Source: Octopus bimaculoides (lineage: Eukaryota). Taken from it: DNA of 64,000 nt. Both the position numbers and the translations under genes were made by a program. Shown here piece by piece: positions 12,401-23,800 of this stretch (within the stretch, counting starts at the first letter, position 1; the number at the start of each line of letters is the position of its first letter). Location: positions 86,918,577 through 86,982,576 of the forward strand of contig NC_068983.1 of the NCBI RefSeq assembly GCF_001194135.2, written 5' to 3'. The notes under the pieces are model-generated. The model was given only the letters and a program-made list of their open reading frames with translations. It was not told the origin of the DNA and did not search any database.

Positions 12401-15400
12401 TTAATAAAATCAATTGAAAAAAAACCAAATGATCAAAATCATTTTCTCAATGTCACATCCCATACACACACATCACTAGGATTGATATTTACAAAAAACA
12501 TTCTTAAATGGTTAGGAAAATAATAGACACCTAACTGAATATCCGAAAAAAAATATGTTTATGTATTTGTTTTGCAAGATTACTGATGTGAAATCATGTG
12601 TTGAAACAGATATTGTTATATTTCAGGATGGTCATTTTCTTTTTTCTTGTCAATTAAACACACACACACTATATATTCGTTCTTCACTTGTTTATTATTG
12701 TTGTTATTTTATGTCCATTGTCTGGAAATTTTTTGTCACACATCCTATGACAAAAGTTTTCCAGACAATAGACATAAAATAATAAACAAGAACAAATATA
12801 TAGTGTGTGTGTTTATTTGGCAAGAAAAAAGAAAATGATCACCCCAAGATATAACAATAAAAAAAAATACTTCTTGTTTATATCCAACTTAAGATGAATG
12901 TCTGGTTAGGATGCTAAATATTGTGGTATTAGCCTTGAGAGGTTTTCTCATTTAGACCTATGATGCATAAAAGCTCAGACATGTATTGTAGCAAACAAGA
13001 ATTGTCTGCTATGGGTGTCAGAACTGCCTGATCATGTGATCTCTTTCTTCTGGACTTCTTCAGTAATAGGGGTCCAGTGACTGCATACCAGCCAAATATT
13101 GTTGTTGTTGGCACTCTGTCGCTTACGACGTCGAGGGTTCCAGTCGATCCAATCAACGGAACAGCCTGCTCGTGAAATTAACATGCAAGTGGCTGAGCAC
13201 TCCACAGACACGTGTACCCTTAACGTAGTTCTCGGGGATATTCAGCGTGACTCAGTGTGACAAGGCTGACCCTTTGAATTACAGGCACAACAGAAACAGG
13301 AAGTAAGAGTGAGAGAAAGTTGTGGTGGAAAAGTACAGCAGGGTTCGCCACCATCCCCTGCCGGAGCCTCGTGGAGCTTTAGGTGTTTTCGCTCAATAAA
13401 CACTCACAACACCCAGTCTGGGAATCGAAACCGCGATCCTATGACCGCAAGTTCGCTGCCCTAACCACTGGGCCATTGCACCACCACTAGCCAAATATTA
13501 CAACCATGATATATAGAATTTTCGTGTCTTTTTAGTAATTGATATCATGAATAGCCAGTAAGCTTATTTTAAAATAACTGTTAGCAACGGAAGCAGTATT
13601 AATACCAAAAAGTAATCTTTATATCCAACTTAAGTGGAAGTTGTGTTAGAACACTGAATATTGCATTATTAGCTTTGAGAGATCCTCTCATATAGGTGCA
13701 TGGTGCATAAAAGCACAGACATATATCACAGCAAATGAGAATTGTCTGTGATGGGCACCTGCACCTACATGAGAAGACCTCTCAATATGCAGCATTCTTA
13801 CAAGACATACACATTAAGTTGGATATTAAGGTTGCCGTTTGGTACTACTACAAATTCCATTGCTAATAATTAGCTGTTGTTTAGTTACAGATCAGCCTTG
13901 ATTGAGCAGATCTATGATCAAAAGAATTTCAACCATAAATTCCCTGTCTTTATATTTCATAGATAGTGTATTCAGAAGATTATCCAATGTGTTGTTCATT
14001 TCAAGAGTAGTAGAGTGATTTGAGAAAGATTTGGCTGCTGTTTCTTGCAGATTGAACTACAGCAGACCTCCCTTTTTGATGCAGTAATTGTTGACATAAA
14101 ATCTAGCACAAACTTGAAAATGAAAAGCCCTATCCAAATATAAACTGTCATTTCTGGATGTGTACATCTCATCTATTTTGCCATAGTTGCACAGGTCAGA
14201 TGGATTTTCTATGGCTGGATGCCCTTCCTGTTGCCAACTTTCACTTAATTCAAACATATTTTTCACAGAAGAGTAGAAATGAATGACATGCCATGATGTC
14301 AAAACATAAGGATTCACACACACACACATATGGAGGGCTTCATTTCAATTTCCATCTTCCAAATCCATTCACAAAAGCTTTGGTCATTCTGGTGCTGTAG
14401 CCAAAGACACTTGCCCAAAGTGCTGCACAGTAGAACCGAATCTAAAACCACAGCTAGGAAGTAAGCTTCTTAATCATACAACTGTGCCCTTGTGTGTTTC
14501 AAATGATCTGCTTCTTTGTACTAGAATATATTTAGTATTTCCCTCTTTATCTTTTTTACATGTGTTGTAACTTACAGATTTTATGCTGATAATTCATCAT
14601 CTTTTTGTTTCAATACATTCTTCTTTTGTGTATTACCATCTTTAAAAGGTAAGGAGATGGCTTAAAAGGACCAAGTCAAACATATCTCCTATCCCAACCA
14701 AATTGAAACCACAAACACTTACTGAAGAACGAAGAACAATATTACAGCAGCAAATAACTGACTGGAGAGAGATTCGTTCAGTAAGTGAATGCAATTTTTT
14801 AAATACATTAAGCTTTGTTTTTGTCTTTATGAAATTTAGGCATGTTGTATATTGTTGGGGTATCAGCAAACTAGCTCGGAAGTAAGAGCACATATTTGTG
14901 TTCTGTTGAAGCAAAACTCTATATACCTTTCAGGAATAACAAGAGATGAGAAGTGACAAGACAAAATGTTTGCTGTACAGTTTGTGGAAAATTAACTTTC
15001 AAATTTGATTTGTCCAGCATTAAAATCTCATCTAGTATATTTAGAACAAATTTAATCTTTTAAATAACAATACTAATAATTACTAGCTGGACTCGTGAAA
15101 AATTCACGGAAAATATTTTTTAAAATGTAAGCATCTGTAAATTGTGTGCTGGTGCCATGAGAAATGTTTCTATATTGTGACAGTCAAAGGCAGTGAGCTG
15201 GTAGAATAGTTAGCATGCTGTTGAAATGCTTGGCTGTATTTTGTCTGTCTTTACAATTCTGAGTTCAATTTCTGCTGAGGTTAACTTTGCCTTTCATCCT
15301 TCGGGAGTCAATAAATTAAGTATCAGTTACATACTGGAGTTGATCTAATCGACTGGCCCACTCCCCACCAAAATTTCCGGACTTGTGCCTATAGTAGAAA

Positions 15401-18400
15401 AGTATATTGCGACAGTTACAGAATATAGAAAGAAGTGCAAAACTGATAACTATATAATCCAACCAAAATATCTGTTATGCAAATGTAAACAGAATTACTA
15501 TTAAGCCTTAAAATACATCGTACATATTCAGAGAAGCCTCTTGGTTTAGTGGTACGGAACGTTTCTCTCATATTTTTTTATTCTTTTACTTGTTTCAGTC
15601 ATTTGATGGTAGACATGCTGGAGCACCACCCTTTAGTCGAAGAAATTGACCCCTGGTATATAGGATACGGTAATTAATTATATTGTAGAAAAGTAAAGGG
15701 AAAAAATAGAATTAATATTTTTGATTTTGTTGAGCTCTATGAGTTTAATACTTTTTAAATGCTTTCGTCAACTGCTTGATACAAGAAAAACGAAAATTGG
15801 AAAAATCCAGACCAAAAGAGAAATTCTAACTTGACAAAAAATATAGAAAGAGAAAGTTGCGTTTACTTCCACCATGCAACACTTATTATCATACACACAC
15901 ACACACACACATACATTCATATATATGTGTGTGTCTTAGTTTTTGTTTACTTATACACATCAACAAATGAACTAATTGAACAACTCTGTGTGGTTGTTCA
16001 ATTTGCTAGAAATAACAGCCAAATTTCTCTGATACTATGCTCTCGTTAGTATTAAGGAAAGGAAAAAGATAGAATTGATATTTTTGATTTTGTTCGGCTC
16101 TATGAATTTAAGTTTTTTTTTATGCTTTCACCCATTACTTGATACAAGGAAAAAGAAATTGGAAAAATCCTGACCGAAACAGAGAAATTGTAACTTAACA
16201 AAAAATATAGAAAGCCAAAAGATGTTTTTTAACTGAGGTGTAATTTTATAATTAAAATAGGTTCAAAATTTAAATTTCGGAACATAAAACAGGTTATCTG
16301 GTGTATGGCCAAATTCAATTGGGTAGAAGACCTAAAACAAGTGGNNNNNNNNNNNNNNNNNNNNNNNNNNNNNNNNNNNNNNNNNNNNNNGTTCAATGGT
16401 AGAAAGAAATTCAAATAGCTGTCAGCCACTCTCTCATTCTCTCGATACACGTCATATTTAAGTATCTTAATTTTCTCATTAAGATTGTTGCTGCTTTGGT
16501 GGCCTACTAGTAGGCATGGGTGTTAAGAAGTAGTAATACAACACATAGGTGATGGTTTCAAATCTCTTCCAGAAATTACAAGAGGTCTAGTTAAGAATTT
16601 TTATTTAAGCAACAAAATTTCTTTCTATTAAGCGTGATACACATGTCAGGTACATACAAAAAACAATTTGGCATATTAATATTATTGATCATTATCCTTT
16701 CTACAAAAGGCACAAGACCTAAAATTTTGTGGGAGAGACTAGCCAATTACATTGACTCCAGTGCTTGATTTATCAACTCCTGAAAAGATGAAAGGCAAGA
16801 TCGACTTTGACGTTATTTGAACTCAAAACGTAAGGACAGACAAAATGCTGCTAAGCATTTTGACTGGCGTGCTAACATTTCTGCCAGCTTCCCACCTTAA
16901 TAATAGTAATGTAGTGTTTTCTGAAGGGTTCATGTTTTTCTTTCTTTTCCTAGAAAAAACTGGGTTCCTTTGAAGAGCAGAAACGTCTTCATCTGAAAGC
17001 TAATGAGCTTCTGCAGCAGTTCTACAACAACCTACAAGCATCCCGGAAACAATTACTATACAATAAAGCTTTGCTTGCTAGACTAGATGTAGATTCAGAG
17101 TCTTTAATCAGTGAGTATCACCTATTAACACTGCTGGATTCTTTATATTAGCATATACTATTCTTCTGATCAACTAAGCGTCATAGTACAAAACTATTTT
17201 TATTCCATAATAGAAAAACATAGCAAGTGAGGTTCAATTATTTCACCTAAGTCATTTTAGATTTAAAACAAAAAAAAAAAAAGGAAAAATAGGATTAGCT
17301 CCCTTTGTTCTATTTTCTTGATAATCGAAGGGAAATGGATCCGCCAGTCTAAGTATAAAATTATTTCTATGAAATATGTCTGTTTACATGATTAGGACAA
17401 AATTCAAAACCATAATTTTTTGATAAATGGTCCTCACACTTAACTACTATGCTTCAATTTATATAATCAAATGTTTTCATATATACCAAGTAACAAAAAT
17501 ATTATGGTAGATATGTGATTGTTCATAGAACCAAATCATTGATTAATAAATTTTCTCCACATAAATACAGAGCTAAGCTACCTTAAATTTTGCACAATTA
17601 TTCAATGGCCCAAACACTCATCCATCTTTAAACAAAAGGAAATAAGAAATCTAAAGGAAGTATTTATTATGTAAAAAGGCATGTAAAAAGAACCTTCAGA
17701 ACGTGGCTGATGCCAGCGCCACCTTGACTGGCTTCTGTGCCGATGGCACATAAAAAGCACCAACCGATCATGGCCATTGCCAGCCTCCTCTGGGCCCTGT
17801 GCTGGTGGCACATAAAAGGCACCCACTATACTCACGGAGTGGTTGGCGTTAGGAAGGGCATCCAGCTATAGAAACTATGCCAGATCAGAGCCTGGTGCAG
17901 CCTCCTGGCTTCCCAGACCCCAGTTGAACCGTCCAACCCATGCTAGCATGGGAAACGTACGTTAAACGATGATGATGATGATGTGGAAGAATTTATATAC
18001 ATATGATGGGAGCAGGCATGGTTTCAGGCTCATTTCCTCTGCTTCGTACCTTAGGCAAGTGTCTACAGCTCTAACTCCAGGTAGACATGCCCCCCCCCCT
18101 TTGTAGGCAGAAATTGTACAATGGCCCTTGTATATGTATGCGAATACTCACATTCTGCACTATAGGCAATAATGTATGTTGACATTTTCCTGTCAACAAA
18201 TCATCTGATAGCTTTGCTTTCAAACACAAGTGGAGTGGCAACTTCCTTATTTGAAAAGCAACTAAAGATTATCACACGAATAGTGCCAAGCTATAAAACA
18301 AAGCCTTGATACTACATATTCATCTAACCCATGCTAGCATTGAGAGATGGACATAAAAATGTATTGCATACTTGTGACTTGCAATTAGTCCATGTTGGTT

Positions 18401-20461
18401 CATATCAAGCCAAACTATAATCAAAGATTGTGATCTGAGTGAGATTTGACTACAACCCATCTGTTTAACATATGGAAAGTTGCAAGTTTCAAACATGGTG
18501 TAGCTGATATAATTTTAGATGTGTTGGTTTCTGAAGCATAATGGGTTTGGAACTAAGGTGTCATATTACTGAATGTGTTACACTCTTAACCTTTCTGATA
18601 AAAACTTCTGAGCTAAAATCTTCCAATAAAATTTCGTAACATTTTACATGCTGAACACCAGCCAAGATTATTTAACTGAATTCTCTATTATTTTCAAAAT
18701 TAACTAAAACAAAAGTCAGTGTACATAAACATAAATATGGTAACATGAGTTAAGTAAAGCATCCAACCCCAGAAACAGGTTCTACTCCCAGGTTTGGTGA
18801 CTTACAGCTGGAGGGCAATAATTGCTCTAAAGAAAAAAAAACAAAAATGATTCGACATGAAGTCATAAGTCCAAGAGGACTGCACAAAGTTCTAGTGTCT
18901 ACTTCGGCATGGATTAATGCTCTTCCTAATATCAGCTACTTTACTGAGTAAACTGAGAGTTTTTTATGGCTTCAGCACTATTTAGGCCACCAATAACTCA
19001 TACAAGATTTCGTTGGTGCTGGAACCACAATGCTAAAACCTGGTAGCTTTTTGCTTTCAAGTACAAGTGAAATGACAACTTCTTTACTTGAAAAACAAGG
19101 ATTACAAGAATGGCACCTAGCTATAAAACAAAGCCTTGATATGTATCCATCTAACCCATTCTAGCAGCCAATTAGTCCAGATAGGTTCTCATCCAGCAGG
19201 ACTATGAGCAAAGAGGTATGATTATCATGGCTAGAATGTCTTTTGTTTATAATTGTACTTTATCAGGTCTAAATAATAAATATATACCAATTTATTAATT
19301 TTATCTTTGTTGCCACCTTCAAACAATTTGTATCTGGATCTACAAAACCAGGTAGTAGACATGTATACTCATTTGTTGTTTGTGGTGATATCTCAGTCAA
19401 TTAAGAGTAATATAGAGTTTAGCTTTTCATAAACCATCAGTGTCATTTCTGCAACCTCTCCCCTGATATCGCAAACAGATGCTTATTGACTGATAACTGT
19501 AATCACAGCAGGACATGTTTCTATAGCTTAAATTCTGAAAATCTTCAAAAATACTAGCCAATATTAACCAATTTATCTAATCTGCAGAACAAATATTCAG
19601 GACTGTCATATCTCTACAGCGAATCAAGTATGTTTGTCTCCTGGTGGCATCATTCACTCTCTACAATCCAATCCCTCCATTCAACCACCCTCCTCTCCTG
19701 CTCCATCACTAAGACATACAAAGTGTTGAATGATGTGTTAATTTTGTATTTGCTCTTACTCCACATAGCAAGGGTCTACTGCCATATAAAAACATTGCAT
19801 ATCTCCAAACTTACAGCAAACATTTTGCTCAACAATTCACAAATACTATAAAGTTCACTTACAACTTTTATAAAAAGTTATGTCCTGAATATGGTTAATT
19901 CCAGGGGTTCTCCAAAAGTTTTATATTTGCTCTACCATGAAATACTGAATGTCACTAAAATCATTTTCCAATTACCTCACATCTAAATGTTTATCCTATG
20001 CTGTCATGACTTCTACCCAATAAACACTGACCTAAGCCTTCATCTTAAGAAATACGTTCCACTGAAACTGTTAACCTTTGTTTTATTGCTAGACCCCAAA
20101 AAGAAAATTGTCAGTTGTGAGAATCAGGTTTAAAACAAATATTATCCACATTGAATTACGTCTGTTAACATTGGTGAATCTAATTAGCTAAAGGAATATT
20201 TCAATGTGTACTACTCAATCTGCTACTTCAAGCTTTAAAATCTCTTACGTTACAGATGCACCAAAACTTGAATCAGTAACAGAAAAAGATGTCGACATTT
20301 ACTCCAGTCCTTCGCTGCCTATATCAACAAAGGCTAAAATTGCACATAAAAAGGCACTGAAAAAAATAGCTGCACCTTGGTGGCAGAAATTGGAAGATTC
20401 TGATGAAGAAGAGGATATTGCACTAAATGACACCGCTGACTGTGAAGTACAAAATTTGTAG
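1045..20461 (+). CDS. IQCB1: IQ calmodulin-binding motif-containing protein 1 (nephrocystin-5), 5'-partial; 11 coding exons joined
   Basis: Exons 1045-1144, 4119-4218, 5249-5344, 5964-6038, 7516-7624, 8053-8162, 10711-10853, 12191-12339, 14649-14780, 16954-17110, 20256-20461. All are AG/GT bounded and phase-consistent, totalling 1377 nt including the stop. The product has IQ motifs (IQSAWRGYITRKK, IQKNWRGYRIR, IQRAVRRW) and C-terminal APWWQKLEDSDEE, matching the remembered human IQCB1 sequence (IQAYWKGFQTRKR, IQKHWRGYRER, APWWKKLGEES). Confidence 0.93.
1445..1640 (-). mobile_element. maT/mariner transposase C-terminal relic
   Basis: Minus translation ETNKTPFNTKDELKARIMAAFTNLNKETIQKSCRRFQSHLEAMVETNGDFIE*. 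Confidence 0.75.
2610..2989 (-). mobile_element. tRNA-headed SINE (family A) with internal microsatellite, cut by a gap
   Basis: cagtcatttgactgcggccatgctggagcaccacc...(CA/TA)n...cgacgggcttctttcagtttccgtct...gacacttgcccaaggtgcc; many homologues in the window. Confidence 0.8.
2990..3808. other. Assembly gap (N run)
   Basis: Other large gaps at 36031-36850, 41309-41454, 54093-54285, 56866-56990, 62279-62899. Confidence 0.99.
3831..3988 (-). mobile_element. SINE family A, 5' half with pol III A/B-box head
   Basis: Minus strand gtgtgactgtgtggtaagaagcttgcttcc...ggttcagtca; further copies at 4575-4730 (+), 9240-9440, 14330-14490, 34740-34900, 59110-59215, 60070-60530. Confidence 0.8.
4119..4218 (+). 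CDS. IQCB1: IQCB1 exon (VLTDENLLKLLMTDDVVIGTEIINLIRTILRLN)
   Basis: ttttag|TT...AATTG|gtatgg, 100 nt, phase 1 to 2. Confidence 0.85.
5249..5344 (+). CDS. IQCB1: IQCB1 exon (QVLKQLDSKILHTFLDEIIYKLSVYTEPKIQ)
   Basis: cttcccag|G...AAAT|gtaagt, 96 nt; LDEIIYKL matches human LDEVIFKL. Confidence 0.88.
5964..6038 (+). CDS. IQCB1: IQCB1 exon (ASCNCILEFCEHYPALIDLLCTKY)
   Basis: ctttacag|A...ACAA|gtaagt, 75 nt, phase 2 to 2. Confidence 0.8.
7516..7624 (+). CDS. IQCB1: IQCB1 exon (GLRIILMKQAEKIHCRELKPLLVLLNAGSSERVQKQ)
   Basis: ttctag|A...CAG|gtgaaa, 109 nt, phase 2 to 0. Confidence 0.87.
8053..8162 (+). CDS. IQCB1: IQCB1 exon, first IQ motif (KHHQAVEKIQSAWRGYITRKKLKKANEAISKLQKCY)
   Basis: ttttag|AAA...TT|gtaagt, 110 nt. 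Confidence 0.93.
9500..9830. mobile_element. Fold-back (MITE-like) element
   Basis: Arms of about 150-170 bp in inverted orientation around the loop ttggtggc (9671-9678), flanked by TA/CA microsatellite. Confidence 0.85.
10711..10853 (+). CDS. IQCB1: IQCB1 exon, coiled coil (SRKETREKEQENLRELSQKNEQMQSFQLLKMRSFREKQLQKMELTPA)
   Basis: ttttag|A...CCT|gttagt, 143 nt, phase 2 to 1. Confidence 0.9.
12191..12339 (+). CDS. IQCB1: IQCB1 exon, IQ motifs (QILKYQAEEMENAAICIQKNWRGYRIRCQQSKFHTEYIQRRAAIKIQRA)
   Basis: atacag|AT...GCA|gtaagt, 149 nt. Confidence 0.93.
13101..13488 (-). mobile_element. Young full-length tRNA-headed SINE with (CAA)n tail and 11-bp TSD
   Basis: TSD agccaaatatt at 13090-13100 and 13489-13499; B-box ggtttcgattccc on the minus strand; many CpGs retained. 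Confidence 0.9.
14649..14780 (+). CDS. IQCB1: IQCB1 exon (VRRWLKRTKSNISPIPTKLKPQTLTEERRTILQQQITDWREIRS)
   Basis: tttaaaag|GTA...TCA|gtaagt, 132 nt, phase 0 to 0; LTEERRTILQQQI resembles human LTDARRVELKKRV. Confidence 0.85.
15188..15410 (+). mobile_element. SINE family B (central gactttgcctttcatcctttcggggtcgataaa domain)
   Basis: ggcagtgagctggtagaat...ctgagttcaatttc...ctttgcctttcatccttcgggagtcaataaattaagta; homologues at 8600-8730, 16690-16900 (-), 24200-24385 (-), 45735-45905 (+), 46530-46690 (-), 52585-52710 (-). Confidence 0.75.
15697..16215 (+). repeat. Diverged direct duplication of about 160 bp (15697-15852 and 16060-16215)
   Basis: atagaatt(a/g)atatttttgattttgtt..gctctatga...cttgatacaag...aaattggaaaaatcc.gacc...gagaaatt.taactt.acaaaaaatatagaaag is present twice. 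Confidence 0.85.
16954..17110 (+). CDS. IQCB1: IQCB1 exon (KKLGSFEEQKRLHLKANELLQQFYNNLQASRKQLLYNKALLARLDVDSESLI)
   Basis: ttttcctag|AAA...A|gtgagt, 157 nt. Confidence 0.9.
17600..17983 (+). mobile_element. RTE-related 3' tail repeat
   Basis: gagtggttggcgttaggaagggcatccagctatagaaac...ccaacccatgctagcatggg...acgttaaacgatgatgatg. Confidence 0.8.
20256..20461 (+). CDS. IQCB1: IQCB1 last coding exon (APKLESVTEKDVDIYSSPS...APWWQKLEDSDEEEDIALNDTADCEVQNL*)
   Basis: ttacag|AT GCA CCA... stop TAG at 20459-20461; lies within track ORF 20204-20461. Confidence 0.93.
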
Positions 20462-20893
20462 AAATAGTTGAAAAGTAAATGTTTGGTTCTATAAACAGTT
20501 ATATCCTGCTGTCAGTTTCCCAATTCTTATAGGAAAGACTAGCTTTGGATGGTACATAAGCTATCATACTCTAAATTTCCTATCCCACAATAGAGAGGGA
20601 AACGTGCATTATCTACTATAAACCCGAAACAGAAAGCTAAGATTGAAGACTTGCAATATGTCAAGGGAATTCAAGTCAGAATGAGAAGCTGTTTCAGACA
20701 TTTTGAAATGCCATTTCATTAGTTGTTGCATACTCTACCTTGTAGTCTTTATTGTGACAGACAAGGAAACAATACAAATTTTATACATCACAACCTATAT
20801 ATATTCTATGCTAATTTGGACAGACAGTTAAATATATTAAAAATATATTTAAGCTCATATGAAAGAAATAACTGTACCAGTAGACTACTGAAA

Positions 20894-20899
20894 AATAAA
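20894..20899 (+). terminator. Candidate IQCB1 polyadenylation signal AATAAA
   Basis: First AATAAA I found after the stop (about 430 nt downstream), followed by a T-rich tract at about 20915-20930. Confidence 0.35.
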
Positions 20900-23800
20900 A
20901 GGTGAGAAGCAATCACTTTTTTTCTTTTTTTCAATCAAAGGATTGCATTCATTAGCTGAATTAAATTTCATAGTAACATTGAATAATCATAATGCTCTTC
21001 TGATAACCATAATCAAATTCTGTGACCAATATCTCCTTGAACACTCAATGTAGACAGAGAACACATACAGCGACAAATGCCTGCTGTACTGCCAGATATT
21101 GTTGAAAATAAGTATCGTTTGAAATGATATAAAGTATTTCCTAAGGTTGGATAAAAAAATAGTAAGAGGATGAAGAACGACATGTTTTATTGTATAAACT
21201 GTTGTTCAGTTCAAATGACATTTGTTGCATATTTTTCTTCAGTAACTTTTACCTTATCTTCCTTAACTCTTTAGCAATCAGATTACAGTCAAATATTATT
21301 TCTTCCAGGTTTTGAATTAATCATGCATTATCTCATAACTTGTGAGATTTTGGTAGTCTGTATACTTATAGGCGCGTGAGAGGCCAGATTGAACATAAAC
21401 AAGGATATGCTAAAGGATTAATGAGATATTTCCCCCTTGGACCTCTTTTAGTAGGGGACAAATTACTATCCACTTTAAAAAGTTGAATTCAGTAGAAGTT
21501 AAATTTTATATTATTTCAGTGATGTAGCTTTTAAGAGAACGACACTTGTGTTCCAAAGAATGACTTAAATGGATGATCAAGGATAATGAAGTAGTTTCCA
21601 AAAACATTCTACTTCATAGTCGTAAATAACAAATATTGGAGCATATTAATAATATGACTGAATAGTTTCACTGACTATATCTGCTAAAATTAAAACATGT
21701 CACCATCCTAGCAAAAATCAAATTTTTCCACAAGCATTTGAATTTGATTTTGTTCAGTACATCAGTTAGTTTAGACATTGGCTTAAGAATTATTTCCTTT
21801 AGTTCAATGACACCAAATTTATGCTATGCTTCTCTTGTGGTCCAAGATCACTGCAACATGTCCATTACAATCACCAGCTACACACTGGCATCAGATTTCT
21901 CCCTTCAACATGGAAATTCTCAATTTCTTGAAATAACTTCCTATAGATTACTTGTAAACAACTCTTTTCCCTTTCTCGAAGAGTAAATTTTGCTTAAATT
22001 TTAGGTTATGTAATTCAATTCAGAACAGCAATCACATTTAAATACGAATAGTATTGTTTTAAGCCAACAGAATTTCAATTTAGTAAACACCTTGCCTCAT
22101 TAAAACTTATTTATACTTTGTGTTGTATGACCAACAGAATGAATTTTTATGAGTTTCCAATAGACCATTCAGTTCACTGCATATTTCCAATAGCCAGTGA
22201 TATGGAAATGTTTATATACTTCAGAGTGGAATAAATACAAGAGTACATTGCTTCAACTGCAATTTTCCTCCTTGATGTAAACAGACACAACCTACAAGCT
22301 TCCATACAACTTCTGTAGTCAGGATAGAAGACACTTGCCCAAGATGCCATACAATAGGTCAATGTGGAAATGCAAACATTGTGAAACAAACTTCTTAACT
22401 ACAAAACATCTTTACAAGTCTTTCTCAAAGTAGGGTGTGTAAGTTACTTTTATATGTGTGAATACAAACTAAATTTGTTTATAATGAGGCACACTTTTTA
22501 AAATTCAAAATGGAGTATAAAACAAAAAAGGAAGCTTGAAAAACTGCTTTACACAAATCATTTGCTTCATTTTTCAGAAACACATCAGACCTTCCTGCCT
22601 ATGGAGGAATCATATTACTTGTTTCTTCAAACATCATATTCTAACTGGCCTTGAAACTCCCTTGCAAAATATTTAAATATTTTCAGTATAGATGCAGGAA
22701 TAACCATATGGTTAATAAGCTTGTTTGGCATTGACAAGGTATCTTGTACATGACCAGACAGAAACCAGTCAGACTGTAGCTTTCTTGACTGATAAACATA
22801 ATTTATCCTCTTGTCTGACACCAGACCTCAGTTGTATTATCAAGTGAAACATTGTTGCCCCAAAGATCAGGATTAAATCATGGTTTCTTGCTCCCAATAA
22901 TCACAGGGGCTTTACCAAAGGTTGTGAACAATACCCTTCATATTTCTTAAAACACTGATAAAAAAAAATATTTAAGTATGCTTTAGAGAGATCTATAAAC
23001 AGGGAAAATCTTCCTAAATTAATTACTTGCAATAGCCATAGACGACTTCATCTGTGTCTCCAATTTTGTTCAATAGTTAAGGTATACTCTATACAATATA
23101 CGAAACAAATGCTAGCTATTTATTGAACACATTACAACAGCAGATAATACTTTGGTATTAGCTCTCTGAAAAAAATACAGGTAAATTTATAGCTATTAAT
23201 ATAATTTGTTTTGGTTTCTATCACAGGAAATGCTTATAAATTTTAATAAAAAATACGACTCTCCATGACATAATATCTCACACACACACAATATAAACAT
23301 TAGCATACATATTTTATATATATATATACGTATGTGTGCAAACACATTATCAAATGAGACAAAAAAGAAATTGGACTCAAAGCATGTCAACTCTCATATT
23401 CTCAAAACTAGCAGTACAACTGATGAAATTAACTTTTTTATAAATAAAAATACTGAAAGAAAGAAAAAAGGTAATTTTTCAGTATTTTGTGAAGAGTGAA
23501 TATATGGCTTATATCAATGAGCAGTTAAATTATAATTTCATAATACAAGACAAATCTGAGACTGTATCACTTAGCTGTCCTAAAAAGTTTAAAATCATGC
23601 AAGGACCAAAACTAGACGTATGTTTCTGGCTCCAATAAAGTACAGCAGAATTGGCTTGCTTAATGTGTATTTTATCTGGAAAAAAAATATATATACCTGA
23701 TTAATTTTATAGCTTCCTTTTTAAACCTACCATTTAAAATAGCTTCAGAAAAAAAAAAAACAATTATGTATGAAATAAATCATTAAATATTTATAAGCTC

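Noticed and set aside
13400-13488. tRNA genes suggested by A/B boxes (also about 34020, 45740, 59110)
   Set aside because: No complete cloverleaf; each continues into a SINE body
14578-14648. Alternative upstream acceptor (cttacag) for the 132-nt IQCB1 exon
   Set aside because: It gives an in-frame TGA after three codons
22578-22830. Acceptor-like tttttcag followed by short open frames
   Set aside because: All frames close quickly, with no homology and no supporting donor
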